Source: an uncultured Chloroflexia bacterium
GTDB taxonomy: Bacteria > Chloroflexota > Limnocylindria > Limnocylindrales > CSP1-4
DNA length: 64,000 nt
Assembly (NCBI GenBank): GCA_963833225.1
Contig: CAWHXD010000017.1
Span: 160,001 to 224,000, forward strand
Direction of reading: 5' to 3'
The translations under genes were made by a program, and so were the position numbers. Below the pieces are notes generated by a model. That model did not search any database. It saw only the letters and a program-made list of their open reading frames with translations, and was not told the origin of the DNA. Every line of letters begins with the position of its first letter. The first letter of the stretch is position 1. Of the stretch, positions 9,373-19,734 are shown piece by piece.

Positions 9373-10410
9373 TCAAGAGGCAACCGAACCGCTTTCGACC
9401 TCCCTTGCGCCCGGCGGCGCGGTCGTCCGTCGCAGGACCAGGCTGATGTCCAGGACCTCCCGCAGGGGTTCCGCGGGTGCCCCGTCGAGCAGCCGCAGCA
9501 GGCGAGCGACGGCCCGGACACCGGAGTCGAACAGCGGCTGACGGATGGTCGTCAGGCCGAGGTGATCGGCGAGATCCAGGTCGTCGTATCCGGTGACGGA
9601 CAGGTCCCCTGGCACCCGCAGCCCGAGCGCGATGGCGGCCTCGAGCACGCCGGCCGCCTGGGTATCGCTCGCGCAGACGATCGCGGTGGGCGGGTTAGGC
9701 GACGTCAGCATGCGGGTGGCGATCTCGGAGGCCCGGCGCCGGGAGTGCTCGCCGGTGCCCACGAGCCCCTGGGGCAGCTTGATCCCCGCCGCCTTGAGGG
9801 CACTCCGAACGCCGGTCAGGCGGAGCCGGCTCGACGTGAACGCCAGCGCCGTCCTGGAGAAATCGCCCACAAACGCGATCCGCCGATGGCCGAGGCCGAT
9901 CACGTGCTGGGCCGCAAGACGCCCGCCGAGGACATCGTTGCCAACCACTCGCGGCAGGGATCGATGGTGCGCATCCACCAGGACCGTCGGCAGGCCGGAC
10001 CGCTCGATCCGCGCCAGCTCCGACTCATGCGGCGACAGGGACACGATGATCAGGCCATCCACCCGCTCGGGCCTTGGCAGGTCCCGGAACACGGCCGCTC
10101 GCCGCTCCGCCGTCTCGATGTTGAACACGATCGGGTCGTAGTTGGCCGCCGCGAGCGCCTCCTCGATCCCCCGGAACCGCTCGACCGCAGACGGTCGTGC
10201 CAGGTACGGGATGATCACCGCCACGGTCTGGGTCCGCCGCAGGCTCAACCGCCGCGCGGTCCGGCTGGGGACGAAGTCCAGCTCCCGGATCGCCGCCAGC
10301 ACCCGTTCACGCGTCGCGGGGTCGACGTTGGCGCGGTCATTGAGCACCCGACTCACGGTGCCAACGCCGACACCGGCGAGTCGCGCAACATCTCCGATGG
10401 TTACACCCAC
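9373..10410 (-). CDS. LacI family transcriptional regulator
   Basis: TIGDVARLAGVGVGTVSRVLN HTH; SVTGYDD and LTTIRQP motifs. Confidence 0.95.
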   Translation of the reverse strand: MGVTIGDVARLAGVGVGTVSRVLNDRANVDPATRERVLAAIRELDFVPSRTARRLSLRRTQTVAVIIPYLARPSAVERFRGIEEALAAANYDPIVFNIETAERRAAVFRDLPRPERVDGLIIVSLSPHESELARIERSGLPTVLVDAHHRSLPRVVGNDVLGGRLAAQHVIGLGHRRIAFVGDFSRTALAFTSSRLRLTGVRSALKAAGIKLPQGLVGTGEHSRRRASEIATRMLTSPNPPTAIVCASDTQAAGVLEAAIALGLRVPGDLSVTGYDDLDLADHLGLTTIRQPLFDSGVRAVARLLRLLDGAPAEPLREVLDISLVLRRTTAPPGAREVESGSVAS

Positions 10411-10428
10411 GCCAAGGGAACCCTCCGT

Positions 10429-10444
10429 ATGGAACCGATTCCAT
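10429..10444. promoter_or_regulatory. Second LacI operator ATGGAACCGATTCCAT (autoregulation)
   Basis: One mismatch from the 9328 palindrome; lies just upstream of the lacI start. Confidence 0.75.
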
Positions 10445-10498
10445 TGTATGGGGCCTGGAAAGCCCGGCCGGCGGCTGGCCGATCAGCGCTCCAGCCGG

Positions 10499-13237
10499 TC
10501 AGCGCTCCAGCCGGCCACGCAGACGGTCCACCTGGTCGGCCAGCTCGGCCTCGCGGGCAACGGCCCCGTCGACGATCGCCGGTGGCGCCTTGGCCATGAA
10601 CGACTCGTTGGCGAGCCGCGCCCGGGCGGCGTCGAGCAGCCGCTCGGCATCCGCGAGCTCCCTCTCGAGCCGGACGCGGTCGGCCTCGGCGGCCGCGGGA
10701 TCCGCCGCCGCTCCGATCCCGACGATGGCCTCCGCCGGACCCGCGATCACCGCGAGGCCCGCCGTCGCGCCCTCGGTGGCGTGAAGGGACTCACGGGTCA
10801 GCCGGCGACGGATCGGCCTCGTGCGAGCCAGCCGCTCGATCGCCGGTCGAAGGGCCTCGAGCGCCGACCCCAGCTCCGGCTCCACGTAGACATCCAGCGG
10901 CAGCCAGGCGGCCGGCTCCAGCCTCGCATCGGCGCGGGCGTTGCGGATGGCGCGGACCAGGTCCACGAGGGCCCCGACCTCTGCCTCCACCGTGGCATCG
11001 CGCTCCCCCACCCCCGGCCACCGGGCAACGATCAGCAGGTCCGGATCCGTCGCCCGGTGCGGGAGCGCCTCCCACAGCGCCTCCGTGATGAACGGCATGA
11101 CCGGGTGCAGCAGACGCAGGTAGGTGTCGAGGGCGTCCACGAGCGCCCACCATGTCGCCTCCCGCTCCCCATCCGTGCTGGACGGGTCGTTGAGCCGGAC
11201 CTTGGCCAGCTCGATCCCCCAGTCGCAGAACTCGTTCCAGATCGCGTCGTACAGGAGCCTGGTCACCTCGCCGAAGGCGTACTCGGCCATGGCCCGATCC
11301 ACGGCCACGGTGGTCGCCGCCGACCGGGAGAGGACCCACCGGTCGCCGGGCCCGAGCTGGGCGGCGTCCGGGAGCCGGCGTTCCGCGCCGGCCGGGATCG
11401 AGGACGGCCGGGCGCCCAGGACGAACCGGGTCGCGTTCCAGAGCTTGTTGGCGAAGTTCCGGGCGTTCTCCACCTTGGCGAGGCCGAAGCGCTGATCGTT
11501 GCCCGGCGTGGCCCCATGGACGAGGGCGAAGCGCATCGCGTCCGCGCCCAGCTCGTCGATCATGCCCAGCGGGTCCACGACGTTGCCCTTCGTCTTCGAC
11601 ATCTTCTGGCCGTTCGGGTCACGGATCAGGCCCGACAGGTAGACGGTATGGAATGGTGCGTCGCCGGTGAGCTCGATGCCCAGCATCATCATCCGGGCCA
11701 CCCAGAAGAAGATGATGTCGTAGCCGGTCTCCATCACCGCGCCCGGATAGAAGCGGCGCATGTCCTCGGTGGCATCCGGCCAGCCGAGCGTGGAGAACGG
11801 CCACAGGCCGGAGCTGAACCAGGTATCGAAGATGTCGGGATCCTGGGTGAGCTCCGCGGCGGGGCGCCCGCAGGCCTCGCACGCGTCCGGGCCGGCGATG
11901 ACGGCGCTCACCGTCGCGTGCCCGTCCGGGCAGTACCAGGCCGGGATCCGGTGGCCCCACCACAGCTGCCGGGACACGTTCCAGTCCCGGATGCCGGTCA
12001 TCCAGTGCTCCCAGGTCTTCTCGAAGCGCTCGGGGAGGATGCGCGTCCTGCCGGAGCGGGTGGCCTCGAGCGCAGCGTCCGCCAGCGGGGCGGTCTTCAC
12101 GAACCACTGGGTCTTGAGGCGTGGCTCCACCACGTCGGTCGAACGCTGGCAGCGGCCGATCACCATCTCGTGCGGCTGCTCCCCCTCGAGATCACCGCGT
12201 TCCGCGAGATCGGCGAGGATCGCGTCGCGCGCCTCGTAGCGATCCATGCCGTCGTAGCGGGTGCCGGTGCCGGCGATCCTGGCCGAATCGTCGAGGATGG
12301 TCGGCATCGCGAGACCGTGGCGAGCACCGGTCTCGTGGTCGTCGTGGTCGTGGGCCGGGGTGATCTTCACGGCACCGGTGCCGAACGCCATCTCGACCAC
12401 CGGATCCGCGATCACGGGCACGTCGCGGTCCACGAACGGGATCCGGACCTTCCGCCCGACAAGCTCCGTGTAGCGCGGGTCGTCCGGGTGCACCGCGACC
12501 GCGGTGTCGCCCAGGATCGTCTCCGGCCGTGTCGTGGCCACCGTCAGGGTGCGCCCGGGATCGGCGAGACCCGTCCCTGGATCGAGCAGGTGGTAGCGCA
12601 CTCGCCACAGCGTGCCGGTCTCGGGGGTCGGGATCACCTCGAGATCGCTCACGCTGGTCCGGCACCCGGGGCACCAGTTGACAAGCGCCTCGGCGCGGTA
12701 GGCGAGGCCCTTGCGATGCAGGCGGAGGAACGCCTCGCGCACGGCCTTGCCCGAGACCTCGTCCATCGTGAACCGGAGACGGCCCCAGTCGCAGGAGCCA
12801 CCGACCCGCCGCTGCTGGGCGAGGATCACCTCCCGGGTGGCCGCGATGAACTCGCGCATCCGCTCCAGGTAGCGATCGCGGCCGAGCGACGCCCGCGACT
12901 CGCCCTCCTTGGCGAGGATCCCATCGAGCACGAACTGGGCAGCGATCGACGCGTGGTCGAGGCCGGGAAGGAACAGCGCGGGACGCCCGAGCATCCGCGC
13001 ATGGCGGATCATCAGGTCCTCAACCGTCGTGCGCTGCGCGTGCCCCAGGTGCAGGCTCCCGGTCACGTTGGGCGGCGGCTGGATGATCACGAAGGGTTCG
13101 AGGGCCCAGTCCGCGGTGGAGCCCGCCCCGTCGGGGGCGAAGACGTCGGCGGCCAGCCAGCGCTCGTAGATGGCGTGCTCGAACTCGGCGGGCACGTAGG
13201 CCCTGGCGAGGCCCTCGGGCGGCTGCGGCTGCGTCAT
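10499..13237 (-). CDS. valS: Valine--tRNA ligase
   Basis: PPPNVTGSLHLGH, TTRPETILGD, SRQLWWGHRIP and KMSKT motifs. Confidence 0.98.
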   Translation of the reverse strand: MTQPQPPEGLARAYVPAEFEHAIYERWLAADVFAPDGAGSTADWALEPFVIIQPPPNVTGSLHLGHAQRTTVEDLMIRHARMLGRPALFLPGLDHASIAAQFVLDGILAKEGESRASLGRDRYLERMREFIAATREVILAQQRRVGGSCDWGRLRFTMDEVSGKAVREAFLRLHRKGLAYRAEALVNWCPGCRTSVSDLEVIPTPETGTLWRVRYHLLDPGTGLADPGRTLTVATTRPETILGDTAVAVHPDDPRYTELVGRKVRIPFVDRDVPVIADPVVEMAFGTGAVKITPAHDHDDHETGARHGLAMPTILDDSARIAGTGTRYDGMDRYEARDAILADLAERGDLEGEQPHEMVIGRCQRSTDVVEPRLKTQWFVKTAPLADAALEATRSGRTRILPERFEKTWEHWMTGIRDWNVSRQLWWGHRIPAWYCPDGHATVSAVIAGPDACEACGRPAAELTQDPDIFDTWFSSGLWPFSTLGWPDATEDMRRFYPGAVMETGYDIIFFWVARMMMLGIELTGDAPFHTVYLSGLIRDPNGQKMSKTKGNVVDPLGMIDELGADAMRFALVHGATPGNDQRFGLAKVENARNFANKLWNATRFVLGARPSSIPAGAERRLPDAAQLGPGDRWVLSRSAATTVAVDRAMAEYAFGEVTRLLYDAIWNEFCDWGIELAKVRLNDPSSTDGEREATWWALVDALDTYLRLLHPVMPFITEALWEALPHRATDPDLLIVARWPGVGERDATVEAEVGALVDLVRAIRNARADARLEPAAWLPLDVYVEPELGSALEALRPAIERLARTRPIRRRLTRESLHATEGATAGLAVIAGPAEAIVGIGAAADPAAAEADRVRLERELADAERLLDAARARLANESFMAKAPPAIVDGAVAREAELADQVDRLRGRLER

Positions 13238-13271
13238 GGTGTGCGCTCCCGGTCGGCCCGGGCTCGTGGCC

Positions 13272-13510
13272 CGGAAACAGAACGACCCGCTCGTCCAGCG
13301 GACGAACGGGGTCGTGGTACCACCTGCTGGTTTGGCTCCGGGGCCGGATCCGCTCATCGCGGCCGGTTGGTCCGGGGGCTCTCTCGGCGCTGTATCGGGC
13401 GCCAGGCGCATGGCTCGCGAGCGACCTTCATGTCCGTCGTCCCCGCGCGGCTCGCACCGTCCCGCGCTCGCTTGAGGGTCGTGTCGGACCTACTCCTCTC
13501 GGTCATCGCC
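13272..13510 (-). ncRNA. T-box riboswitch (Val specifier GUC) with intrinsic terminator
   Basis: Minus strand: GCGATGA..GAGGAGTAG stem I, GGTGCGA loop, GAAG-GTC-G specifier (13423-13425), T-box AGGTGGTACCACG (13313-13325), hairpin 13283-13314 with T-rich tail, TACACT -10 at 13522-13527. Confidence 0.9.
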
Positions 13511-13551
13511 GTGAGGCCGGGAGTGTAGCACGCGGGTCCGGGGCGACCCGG

Positions 13552-14079
13552 TCAGGCCAGGTCCGCCGCGGCGGCGTAGATCGCCCCCAGGAACCGGCTC
13601 GGGACGCGCCCGAGCAGCCTCGGCGGGGCGAAGCCGGCCGCCGGCGCGAGGCGCTGCCACGCGGCGAACGAGATCGGGTACGGCACCCAGTGGTTGCCGT
13701 GGTCCGCGTCGTACTCCACGAGCACCAGGTGCCCGCCGGCATCGAGCCGGCCCCGAACCGCCGCCAGGACCGGCTGCGGGTCGCGCACGAAGTGGAGGCT
13801 GTTGGCGGCGAGCACGCCGTCGAACGGGCCATCCGGCAGCACCGCGGTGAAGTCGGCGACGACCGTTTCGAGCGCGACGTGGGCGAACCCGGCCCGGACG
13901 CGACCCTCGAGCTGCCGAAGCGCCCGCTCCTGGCGGTCGAGCGCGACGATCGCCCCACCCGGTCCGAGCAGGTCCGCGAGGGCAAGTGTGAACTCGCCGT
14001 CGCCCGCGCCGAGCTCCAGCCAGCGGCCCGGGCCGTCGACACCGTCTCGGAGCAGGCCCACGTGATCACGGTGATCCAT
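13552..14079 (-). CDS. Class I SAM-dependent methyltransferase
   Basis: LELGAGDG motif I; FDGVLAANSLHF. Confidence 0.88.
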   Translation of the reverse strand: MDHRDHVGLLRDGVDGPGRWLELGAGDGEFTLALADLLGPGGAIVALDRQERALRQLEGRVRAGFAHVALETVVADFTAVLPDGPFDGVLAANSLHFVRDPQPVLAAVRGRLDAGGHLVLVEYDADHGNHWVPYPISFAAWQRLAPAAGFAPPRLLGRVPSRFLGAIYAAAADLA

Positions 14080-14176
14080 GCGGCCCATCATCGCCCGCGG
14101 CGGTCGGGCCGGCCAGCGCCGATCCTCGGGCCTGGTGGCCCTGCCACCCGTCGTCGGCCCACCCGACCATCACGCC

Positions 14177-14599
14177 ATGACGACCGCCGCCATCGTGTAC
14201 TGCAGCGCCACCTGGACCACCGCCGGCCTCGCCGACGACATCGGCGACCACCTCCGCGGGCGCGGGATCGAGCCCAGGGTCGCCGCCTTCGGCGAGATCG
14301 AGACGGCAGATCTCGCGGACGTCGACTACCTGTTCCTCGGCTGCTGGACCCATGGGTGGTTCGTCGTGAACCAGCACCCCGAGCAGTCATGGGTTGACTG
14401 GACCCGGGAGTTGCCGCGCCTCGAGCGGCCGCGGGTGGCGCTGTTCACCACGTACAAGCTCCGGACGGGGTCGATGTTTCCCCGGATGCGGCGGGCGCTC
14501 CGTGACAAGGCCCCGAGGATCGAGCTGGAGCTCAAGTCACGGGACAAGCGGCTGACCGATGAGGGGCGGCGCGCGCTCGACGCGTTCCTCGATCGCTGA
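14177..14599 (+). CDS. Flavodoxin-like protein
   Basis: IVYCSATWTT...DYLFLGCWTHG...VALFTTY flavodoxin topology. Confidence 0.75.
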   Translation: MTTAAIVYCSATWTTAGLADDIGDHLRGRGIEPRVAAFGEIETADLADVDYLFLGCWTHGWFVVNQHPEQSWVDWTRELPRLERPRVALFTTYKLRTGSMFPRMRRALRDKAPRIELELKSRDKRLTDEGRRALDAFLDR

Positions 14600-14606
14600 G
14601 GGTTCG

Positions 14607-15059
14607 TCAGCGGCGCGCGCGAGGGCTTGCCGCTGACCCCCGCGCATCAGCGTCTTCCCGCTGGTGGAGCTCACGATTGGCCGCCCGCAGCCAGTCGACC
14701 GCTCCGATCAGCAGCGGCAGAACCCCGACGATCACGAACCACGGGCCGAAGGCGCCGCCGAGCGCGATCACGGCCACGCCGAACCCCACGGCAAGCGGCG
14801 CCACGCTCCGCCCAGGCACCGGACCGGACTCGTCCCCGAATGGTCCGTCCGGCCGGCCCGGGACATCGTCGCGGGTTGCATTGGGCCCCCGTCCGGCGTG
14901 TTCGCCGCCCCGCAGAACGAGGAAGGCAAGCCCCGTCGAGAACCCGAACCCGAGCAGCAGAACCGTGCCGGCCGTCTCGTAGCTCAGCAGCCAGTAGACG
15001 ACGCCAACGACCAGGGCATACGCCGACAGGCGCCCGAAGAAGCCGACCTCCGCAGACAT
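14607..15059 (-). CDS. ctaF: Cytochrome c oxidase subunit IV (actinobacterial CtaF type)
   Basis: YWLLSYETAGTVLL motif; directly downstream of subunit I. Confidence 0.75.
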   Translation of the reverse strand: MSAEVGFFGRLSAYALVVGVVYWLLSYETAGTVLLLGFGFSTGLAFLVLRGGEHAGRGPNATRDDVPGRPDGPFGDESGPVPGRSVAPLAVGFGVAVIALGGAFGPWFVIVGVLPLLIGAVDWLRAANRELHQREDADARGSAASPRARR

Positions 15060-16726
15060 CAGCCCGTCACCGGCGACGGCCCGGCCTCGGCGGCCGCCTC
15101 GCCAGCGGCGGGCGCCTCAGCGGCCATCCGTTCGTCGAACACGGGCCGGAGCGACCGGATCGGCGGCAGCCGGTCGAAGTTGTGGTGCGGCGGCGGTGAG
15201 CTCGTGGCCCACTCGAGCGAGTTGCCGCCCCACGGATCGGCGGGCATGTCGGCCGGCCGCCGCAGCGCCCGGAGCACGGCCACCAGGAACGGCACCATCC
15301 CCGCAGCGAGCAGCAGGGCACCGATGGTCGAGATCAGGTTCAGCGCGTCCCAGCCAAGACCGGGCCGGTAATCTGCGATCCGCCGCGGCATGCCATCGGC
15401 CCCGAGGATGTATTGCGGGATGAACGTCATCGCGAACCCGATGACCCAGCTCGCGAAATGGATCCGGCCCAGGCGCTCATCCAACTTCCGGCCGGTGAAC
15501 TTCGGGAACCAGAAGTAGATCCCGGCGAAGCCCGCAAACATCGTGCCGCCGATGAGCACGTTGTGGAGGTGCGCAACGACGAAGTAGGTGTCCTGGGTCT
15601 GGAAGTCGATGGGCGGCGATGCGAGCATCACCCCCGTGATGCCGCCAATCGTGAACACGTACAACAGGCCAAGGCACCACAGCATGGGCACCGGGAAGCG
15701 CAGGGAGCCGCGCCACATCGTGGCCGTCCAGTTGAAGATCTTGATGCCGGTGGGCACGGCAATCGCGAACGACATGAACGAGAAGAACGGGAGGTCAACT
15801 CGGCCGGTCGTGTACATGTGGTGCGCCCACACCCCCATCGAGAGGCCGGCGATCGCAACGACCGCCATCACCATCAGCCGGTAGCCGAACAGCGGCTTGC
15901 TGGAGAAGACGGGGACGACCTCGCTCATGATCCCGAAGTACGGGAGGACGAGGATATAGACCTCCGGATGCCCGAAGAACCAGAAAAGGTGCTGCCACAG
16001 CACCGGGTCGCCACCCTGGGTGGGGTCGAAGAACCCACCTCCGAAGTGCCGGTCGATGAACAGCATGGCGAGCGCGGCCGTCACCGAGGGGAACGCGAAC
16101 AGGATGAGGACCGACGTCACCAGGATCGTCCACGTGAACATGGGCATCCGGAACATCCGCATGCCGGGCGCGCGCCGGGTGTAGATGGTGGCCATGAAGT
16201 TGACCGCCCCGAGGATGCCCGACACGCCCACCAGCGCGACGCCCGCGATCCACAGGTCCATGCCCACGTTGGGCGAGAACGCCGCGTCCGACAAGGGTGG
16301 GTACCCTGTCCAGCCGGCGGCCGCCGCGCCGCCGGTCGTCAGGAAGCCCGACATCACGATCACACCGCCGAACAGGAACAGCCAGAACGACAGGGCGTTC
16401 AGGCGCGGGAAGACCATGTCCGCGGCCCCGATCTGGAGCGGCACCAGGTAGTTCGCGAAGCCGATGGCCAGCGGGCCGGCAAAGAACAACAGCATCAGCG
16501 TGCCGTGGACTGTGAACAGCTGGTCGTAGGTTGAGGCGTCGACGAGCTGCTGGCCCGGTGCGGCGAGCTCGAGGCGGATGAGCTCCGCGATGCCGCCGCC
16601 GATGAGCGCGAACCCGAACGCTGCCGTGATGTACAGCAGGCCGATCTGCTTGTGGTCGGTGGTGGTCAGCCAGTCGAGCAGGCCGGCGCGGGGCACGGCA
16701 TGGACCGACTCGGGGGCGGTGGTCAT
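15059..16726 (-). CDS. ctaD: Cytochrome c oxidase subunit I (A1 type)
   Basis: [23 protein letters not shown] and VVAHLH motifs. Confidence 0.97.
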   Translation of the reverse strand: MTTAPESVHAVPRAGLLDWLTTTDHKQIGLLYITAAFGFALIGGGIAELIRLELAAPGQQLVDASTYDQLFTVHGTLMLLFFAGPLAIGFANYLVPLQIGAADMVFPRLNALSFWLFLFGGVIVMSGFLTTGGAAAAGWTGYPPLSDAAFSPNVGMDLWIAGVALVGVSGILGAVNFMATIYTRRAPGMRMFRMPMFTWTILVTSVLILFAFPSVTAALAMLFIDRHFGGGFFDPTQGGDPVLWQHLFWFFGHPEVYILVLPYFGIMSEVVPVFSSKPLFGYRLMVMAVVAIAGLSMGVWAHHMYTTGRVDLPFFSFMSFAIAVPTGIKIFNWTATMWRGSLRFPVPMLWCLGLLYVFTIGGITGVMLASPPIDFQTQDTYFVVAHLHNVLIGGTMFAGFAGIYFWFPKFTGRKLDERLGRIHFASWVIGFAMTFIPQYILGADGMPRRIADYRPGLGWDALNLISTIGALLLAAGMVPFLVAVLRALRRPADMPADPWGGNSLEWATSSPPPHHNFDRLPPIRSLRPVFDERMAAEAPAAGEAAAEAGPSPVTG

Positions 16727-17463
16727 GGGGCGGCGCTCCCGGCAGCGGCCTGTTCGGCAAGCCAGGCCTGGAACGTGGCCATGTCCACGCCCCGGACAGT
16801 GAACAGCATCTGGTCGTGACCGATGCCGCAGAACTCCGCGCAGGCCCCCGGGTAGACGCCTGGCGCCGCAACCTCGAGGTCGAACGTGGTGGGGTGGCCA
16901 GGGATGGCATCACGTTTGAACAGGAATGCCGGCACGTACCAAGAGTGGTTCACATCAAGGGACTCCAGGGTCACATGGATCGGCGTGTTCACCGGAAGCA
17001 CGACCTCCAGCTCGTCGGCGGTGGTGCCCGTGATCGTCACGCCCGCGTCGGGATACGTCGCCTGCCACTGCCACCGGAATGCGGTTACGTGGAGGTTGAT
17101 GCCACCAGGCGCGACCGCCCGCACGTTGCCCAGCGCCTGCACGGTGAGCACGAACAGCACGAGCACGGTCAAGGCCGGGATCACCGTCCAGACCACCTCG
17201 ATGCGTAGGCTGCCGTGCGTCTGCTCAGGGAGCCGGTTGTCCCTGCGCCTGTAGCGAAGGATCGACCATGTGACCAGCCCCCACACGATCGTCGCGACGA
17301 TAACGCCCACGACGACGAATACGGCGTACAGGTCCGAGATGTCCTTGCCCTGCGTCGATGCGGGGGAGGGCATGCAACCCCCGACCGCGAGCCCGAGCAG
17401 CGCGACGATCATGCCGCGGGCGCGCGAGCGATGCGCCTTGCCGGCGAGCCCGAGAGAGCTCAT
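16723..17463 (-). CDS. ctaC: Cytochrome c oxidase subunit II
   Basis: DVNHSW and CuA motif [12 protein letters not shown]. Confidence 0.95.
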   Translation of the reverse strand: MSSLGLAGKAHRSRARGMIVALLGLAVGGCMPSPASTQGKDISDLYAVFVVVGVIVATIVWGLVTWSILRYRRRDNRLPEQTHGSLRIEVVWTVIPALTVLVLFVLTVQALGNVRAVAPGGINLHVTAFRWQWQATYPDAGVTITGTTADELEVVLPVNTPIHVTLESLDVNHSWYVPAFLFKRDAIPGHPTTFDLEVAAPGVYPGACAEFCGIGHDQMLFTVRGVDMATFQAWLAEQAAAGSAAP

Positions 17464-18887
17464 CGATCCAGTTCCACTTCGTCGAAGCCACCGGCCTCGT
17501 TCCGCACCAGGAGGACGCTTGCCGGCTCGCCGCCCGATCGGTCGTCATCGCGCCGCTCGCGGGCCAGCCGATAGACGATCAGCCAGGTCAGCACCGGGGC
17601 AAGCACGAGCAGGACACGGAACGCGACCGTCAGTGCCTCGACCGGAATGTCGACGATCACCGCCAGCACGTCGTTGCCGCCGGCGAGCGTCAGCACGAGG
17701 AACACGGCGATGAGCGCTGCTCCGGTCGCGGTCCGAATGGGGGTCCGCCACGGCGAGTCGAGCAGGTGATGCTCGGCGTGGTCCCCGGTGAGCCGAGCCT
17801 CGAGGAAGGGCCAGACGACGAGCGCCCCGACGAGCAGCCCCGGGATCAGCGCGCCGGGGATGAACGGGGACGGGATCGTCACCCCCAGGGCGGTTGGTTC
17901 GATCGGCAGGCCCAGGCGCAAGGCACCCTCCAGCCAGCCGACGTACCAGTCGGGCTGGGCGGGAACCGCGGCAAGGTATGGCACGTAGGGCCCATACAAC
18001 CAGACCGGGTTGATCTGCACGAGACCAGCCAGGAGCACGACCACGGCTGCGGTCAGGAAGAACAGGCCCAGGGAGCGAAACACCTGACCTGGCCAGAAGG
18101 AGAGGCCCACGACATTGTCCTCCCGGGTGCGTCTTCCCCGGTACTGCGTGTGCTTCTGGAGCCACAGCAGGCCGAGGTGGGCTCCGATCCCACCGACCAG
18201 CAGCCCCGGCAGGAGCATGACGTGGAAGGTGTACAGCCGGCTCAGGATGTCCGCGGTGGGAAACTCGCCACCGAAGAACAGCGACGCCACCCACGGGCCG
18301 ATGAACGGAATCGACAGCATGACCGAGTCGATGATCCGCAGTCCGGTGCCCGACAGCAGGTCGTCCGGGAGCGAGTACCCGGTGATCCCTTCCCCAAGGG
18401 CGAACAGCAGCAAGCCGAGGCCGATCAGGTAGTTGAGCTCACGCGGCCGCCGGAACGCACCGGTGAAGAAGATCCTGGCGAGATGGACCGCGATCGCGCC
18501 CAGGAAGATGAGTGCCGTCCAGTGGTGGACCTGGCGCATCAGCAGCCCGGCCTGGACCTCGAACGAGAGGCGCATCACCGAGGCGAACGCCGCGGAGACC
18601 TGCGCTCCGTCGAGCACCTGGTAGGACCCGCGGTAGGTCACCTCCCCGCCATCGGGGGTGTAGAAGAACGTCATGAACGTGCCAGTCGCGACGAGGATCA
18701 CGAAGCAGAACAGGGCGACCTCGCCAAGCAGGAAGCTCCAGTGATCGGGAAACACCTTGCGCATCGCGTGTCGAATTGTCGCGGCCACACCGGTGCGCCG
18801 GTCGACCCAGGCAACGAGCCGCTCAAGCTCCGTCTCCTCGACGCCCCCGCCTGACTCGTTGGCCGCGCCCCGCTCGAGCTCACCCAT
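17460..18887 (-). CDS. qcrB: Cytochrome bcc complex cytochrome b
   Basis: KVFPDHWSFLLGE, RQVHHW, GYSLPDDLLSG and QPDWY motifs. Confidence 0.95.
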   Translation of the reverse strand: MGELERGAANESGGGVEETELERLVAWVDRRTGVAATIRHAMRKVFPDHWSFLLGEVALFCFVILVATGTFMTFFYTPDGGEVTYRGSYQVLDGAQVSAAFASVMRLSFEVQAGLLMRQVHHWTALIFLGAIAVHLARIFFTGAFRRPRELNYLIGLGLLLFALGEGITGYSLPDDLLSGTGLRIIDSVMLSIPFIGPWVASLFFGGEFPTADILSRLYTFHVMLLPGLLVGGIGAHLGLLWLQKHTQYRGRRTREDNVVGLSFWPGQVFRSLGLFFLTAAVVVLLAGLVQINPVWLYGPYVPYLAAVPAQPDWYVGWLEGALRLGLPIEPTALGVTIPSPFIPGALIPGLLVGALVVWPFLEARLTGDHAEHHLLDSPWRTPIRTATGAALIAVFLVLTLAGGNDVLAVIVDIPVEALTVAFRVLLVLAPVLTWLIVYRLARERRDDDRSGGEPASVLLVRNEAGGFDEVELDR

Positions 18888-19734
18888 CGGTCATGTTCCA
18901 GAAGGCCGGGCCGACTGGCTCGGGAAAGTCACCCAGCGCGACGAATGTCCCGTCCGCCTGGAGTTCGATGGGCAGCTGCGGCAGGGGCCGGGCGGCCGGT
19001 CCGAACACCGCGCTTGCCCCGTCGAGGACATCGAACGTGGACTGGTGGCACGGGCAGATCAGCCGATGCTCGGCGGCCCGGTAGAGACCGACGGGACAGC
19101 CGGCATGGGTGCACAGCTTGGAGTAGGCGACGTAGCCGTCCGGCGCCCAGGCAAGGCGGTCCGGTGGCAGCTGGAGCAGGTTGGGAATGACCCGGATGAG
19201 CAGCGTCTGGGCATCGGACGAACCGACGAACCCCTCGGGAAAGGCCGTCACCACGCCGTCGACGGGGAGATCGGCGGCGCGGATCGGCTGGCCGTCGAGA
19301 CCCACCAGCCGCAGCCCGCGACGCCACGGCGTCTCAAACAGGGCGCGACCGGGCGCTGGCCCGAGCGACAGCACGGGAATTGCCAGCGCTGCGGCCAGCC
19401 CGGCGAGAGAGGCGGCCAGCGCCCGCACCAGGAGGGAACGGCGGGTGATCGCTGCTTCCTCGTCGAGGATCTCCCGCTCCGCCTCGGGGTCAGCGGCATC
19501 AGCGACCGGGTGGCGGTCCTCGACGCGCAGGGTGTTGGGCAGCAGCCACTGCGACCAGGCGATGATCCCGATCCCGATGCCGCCCAGAGACGTCGCCAGC
19601 AGCACGGCCTCGGCCTGTGTCTGCCCGCCCGCGAGGTAGATCCCGAGCAGCGCCACGCCCGCGACCGCCGCCAGCAGGAACAGCAGCGCGATGATCCGCT
19701 CGACGCGGCTCGATCCCGGCGCCCGGCCGCTCAC
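18880..19734 (-). CDS. qcrA: Rieske iron-sulfur subunit
   Basis: CTHAGC and CPCHQS motifs; FGPAARPLPQL. Confidence 0.95.
   Translation of the reverse strand: MSGRAPGSSRVERIIALLFLLAAVAGVALLGIYLAGGQTQAEAVLLATSLGGIGIGIIAWSQWLLPNTLRVEDRHPVADAADPEAEREILDEEAAITRRSLLVRALAASLAGLAAALAIPVLSLGPAPGRALFETPWRRGLRLVGLDGQPIRAADLPVDGVVTAFPEGFVGSSDAQTLLIRVIPNLLQLPPDRLAWAPDGYVAYSKLCTHAGCPVGLYRAAEHRLICPCHQSTFDVLDGASAVFGPAARPLPQLPIELQADGTFVALGDFPEPVGPAFWNMTDG

Noticed and set aside
10142-13528. 1128-aa plus-strand ORF and other long antisense ORFs (for example 22359-24983, 37382-39508)
   Set aside because: Shadows of valS, tig/clpP and other genes caused by high-GC codon bias; no motifs.
14177-14230. Flavodoxin phosphate loop reading SATWTT instead of SxTGxT
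   Set aside because: A single-residue oddity in an error-prone assembly; it cannot be evaluated without reads.
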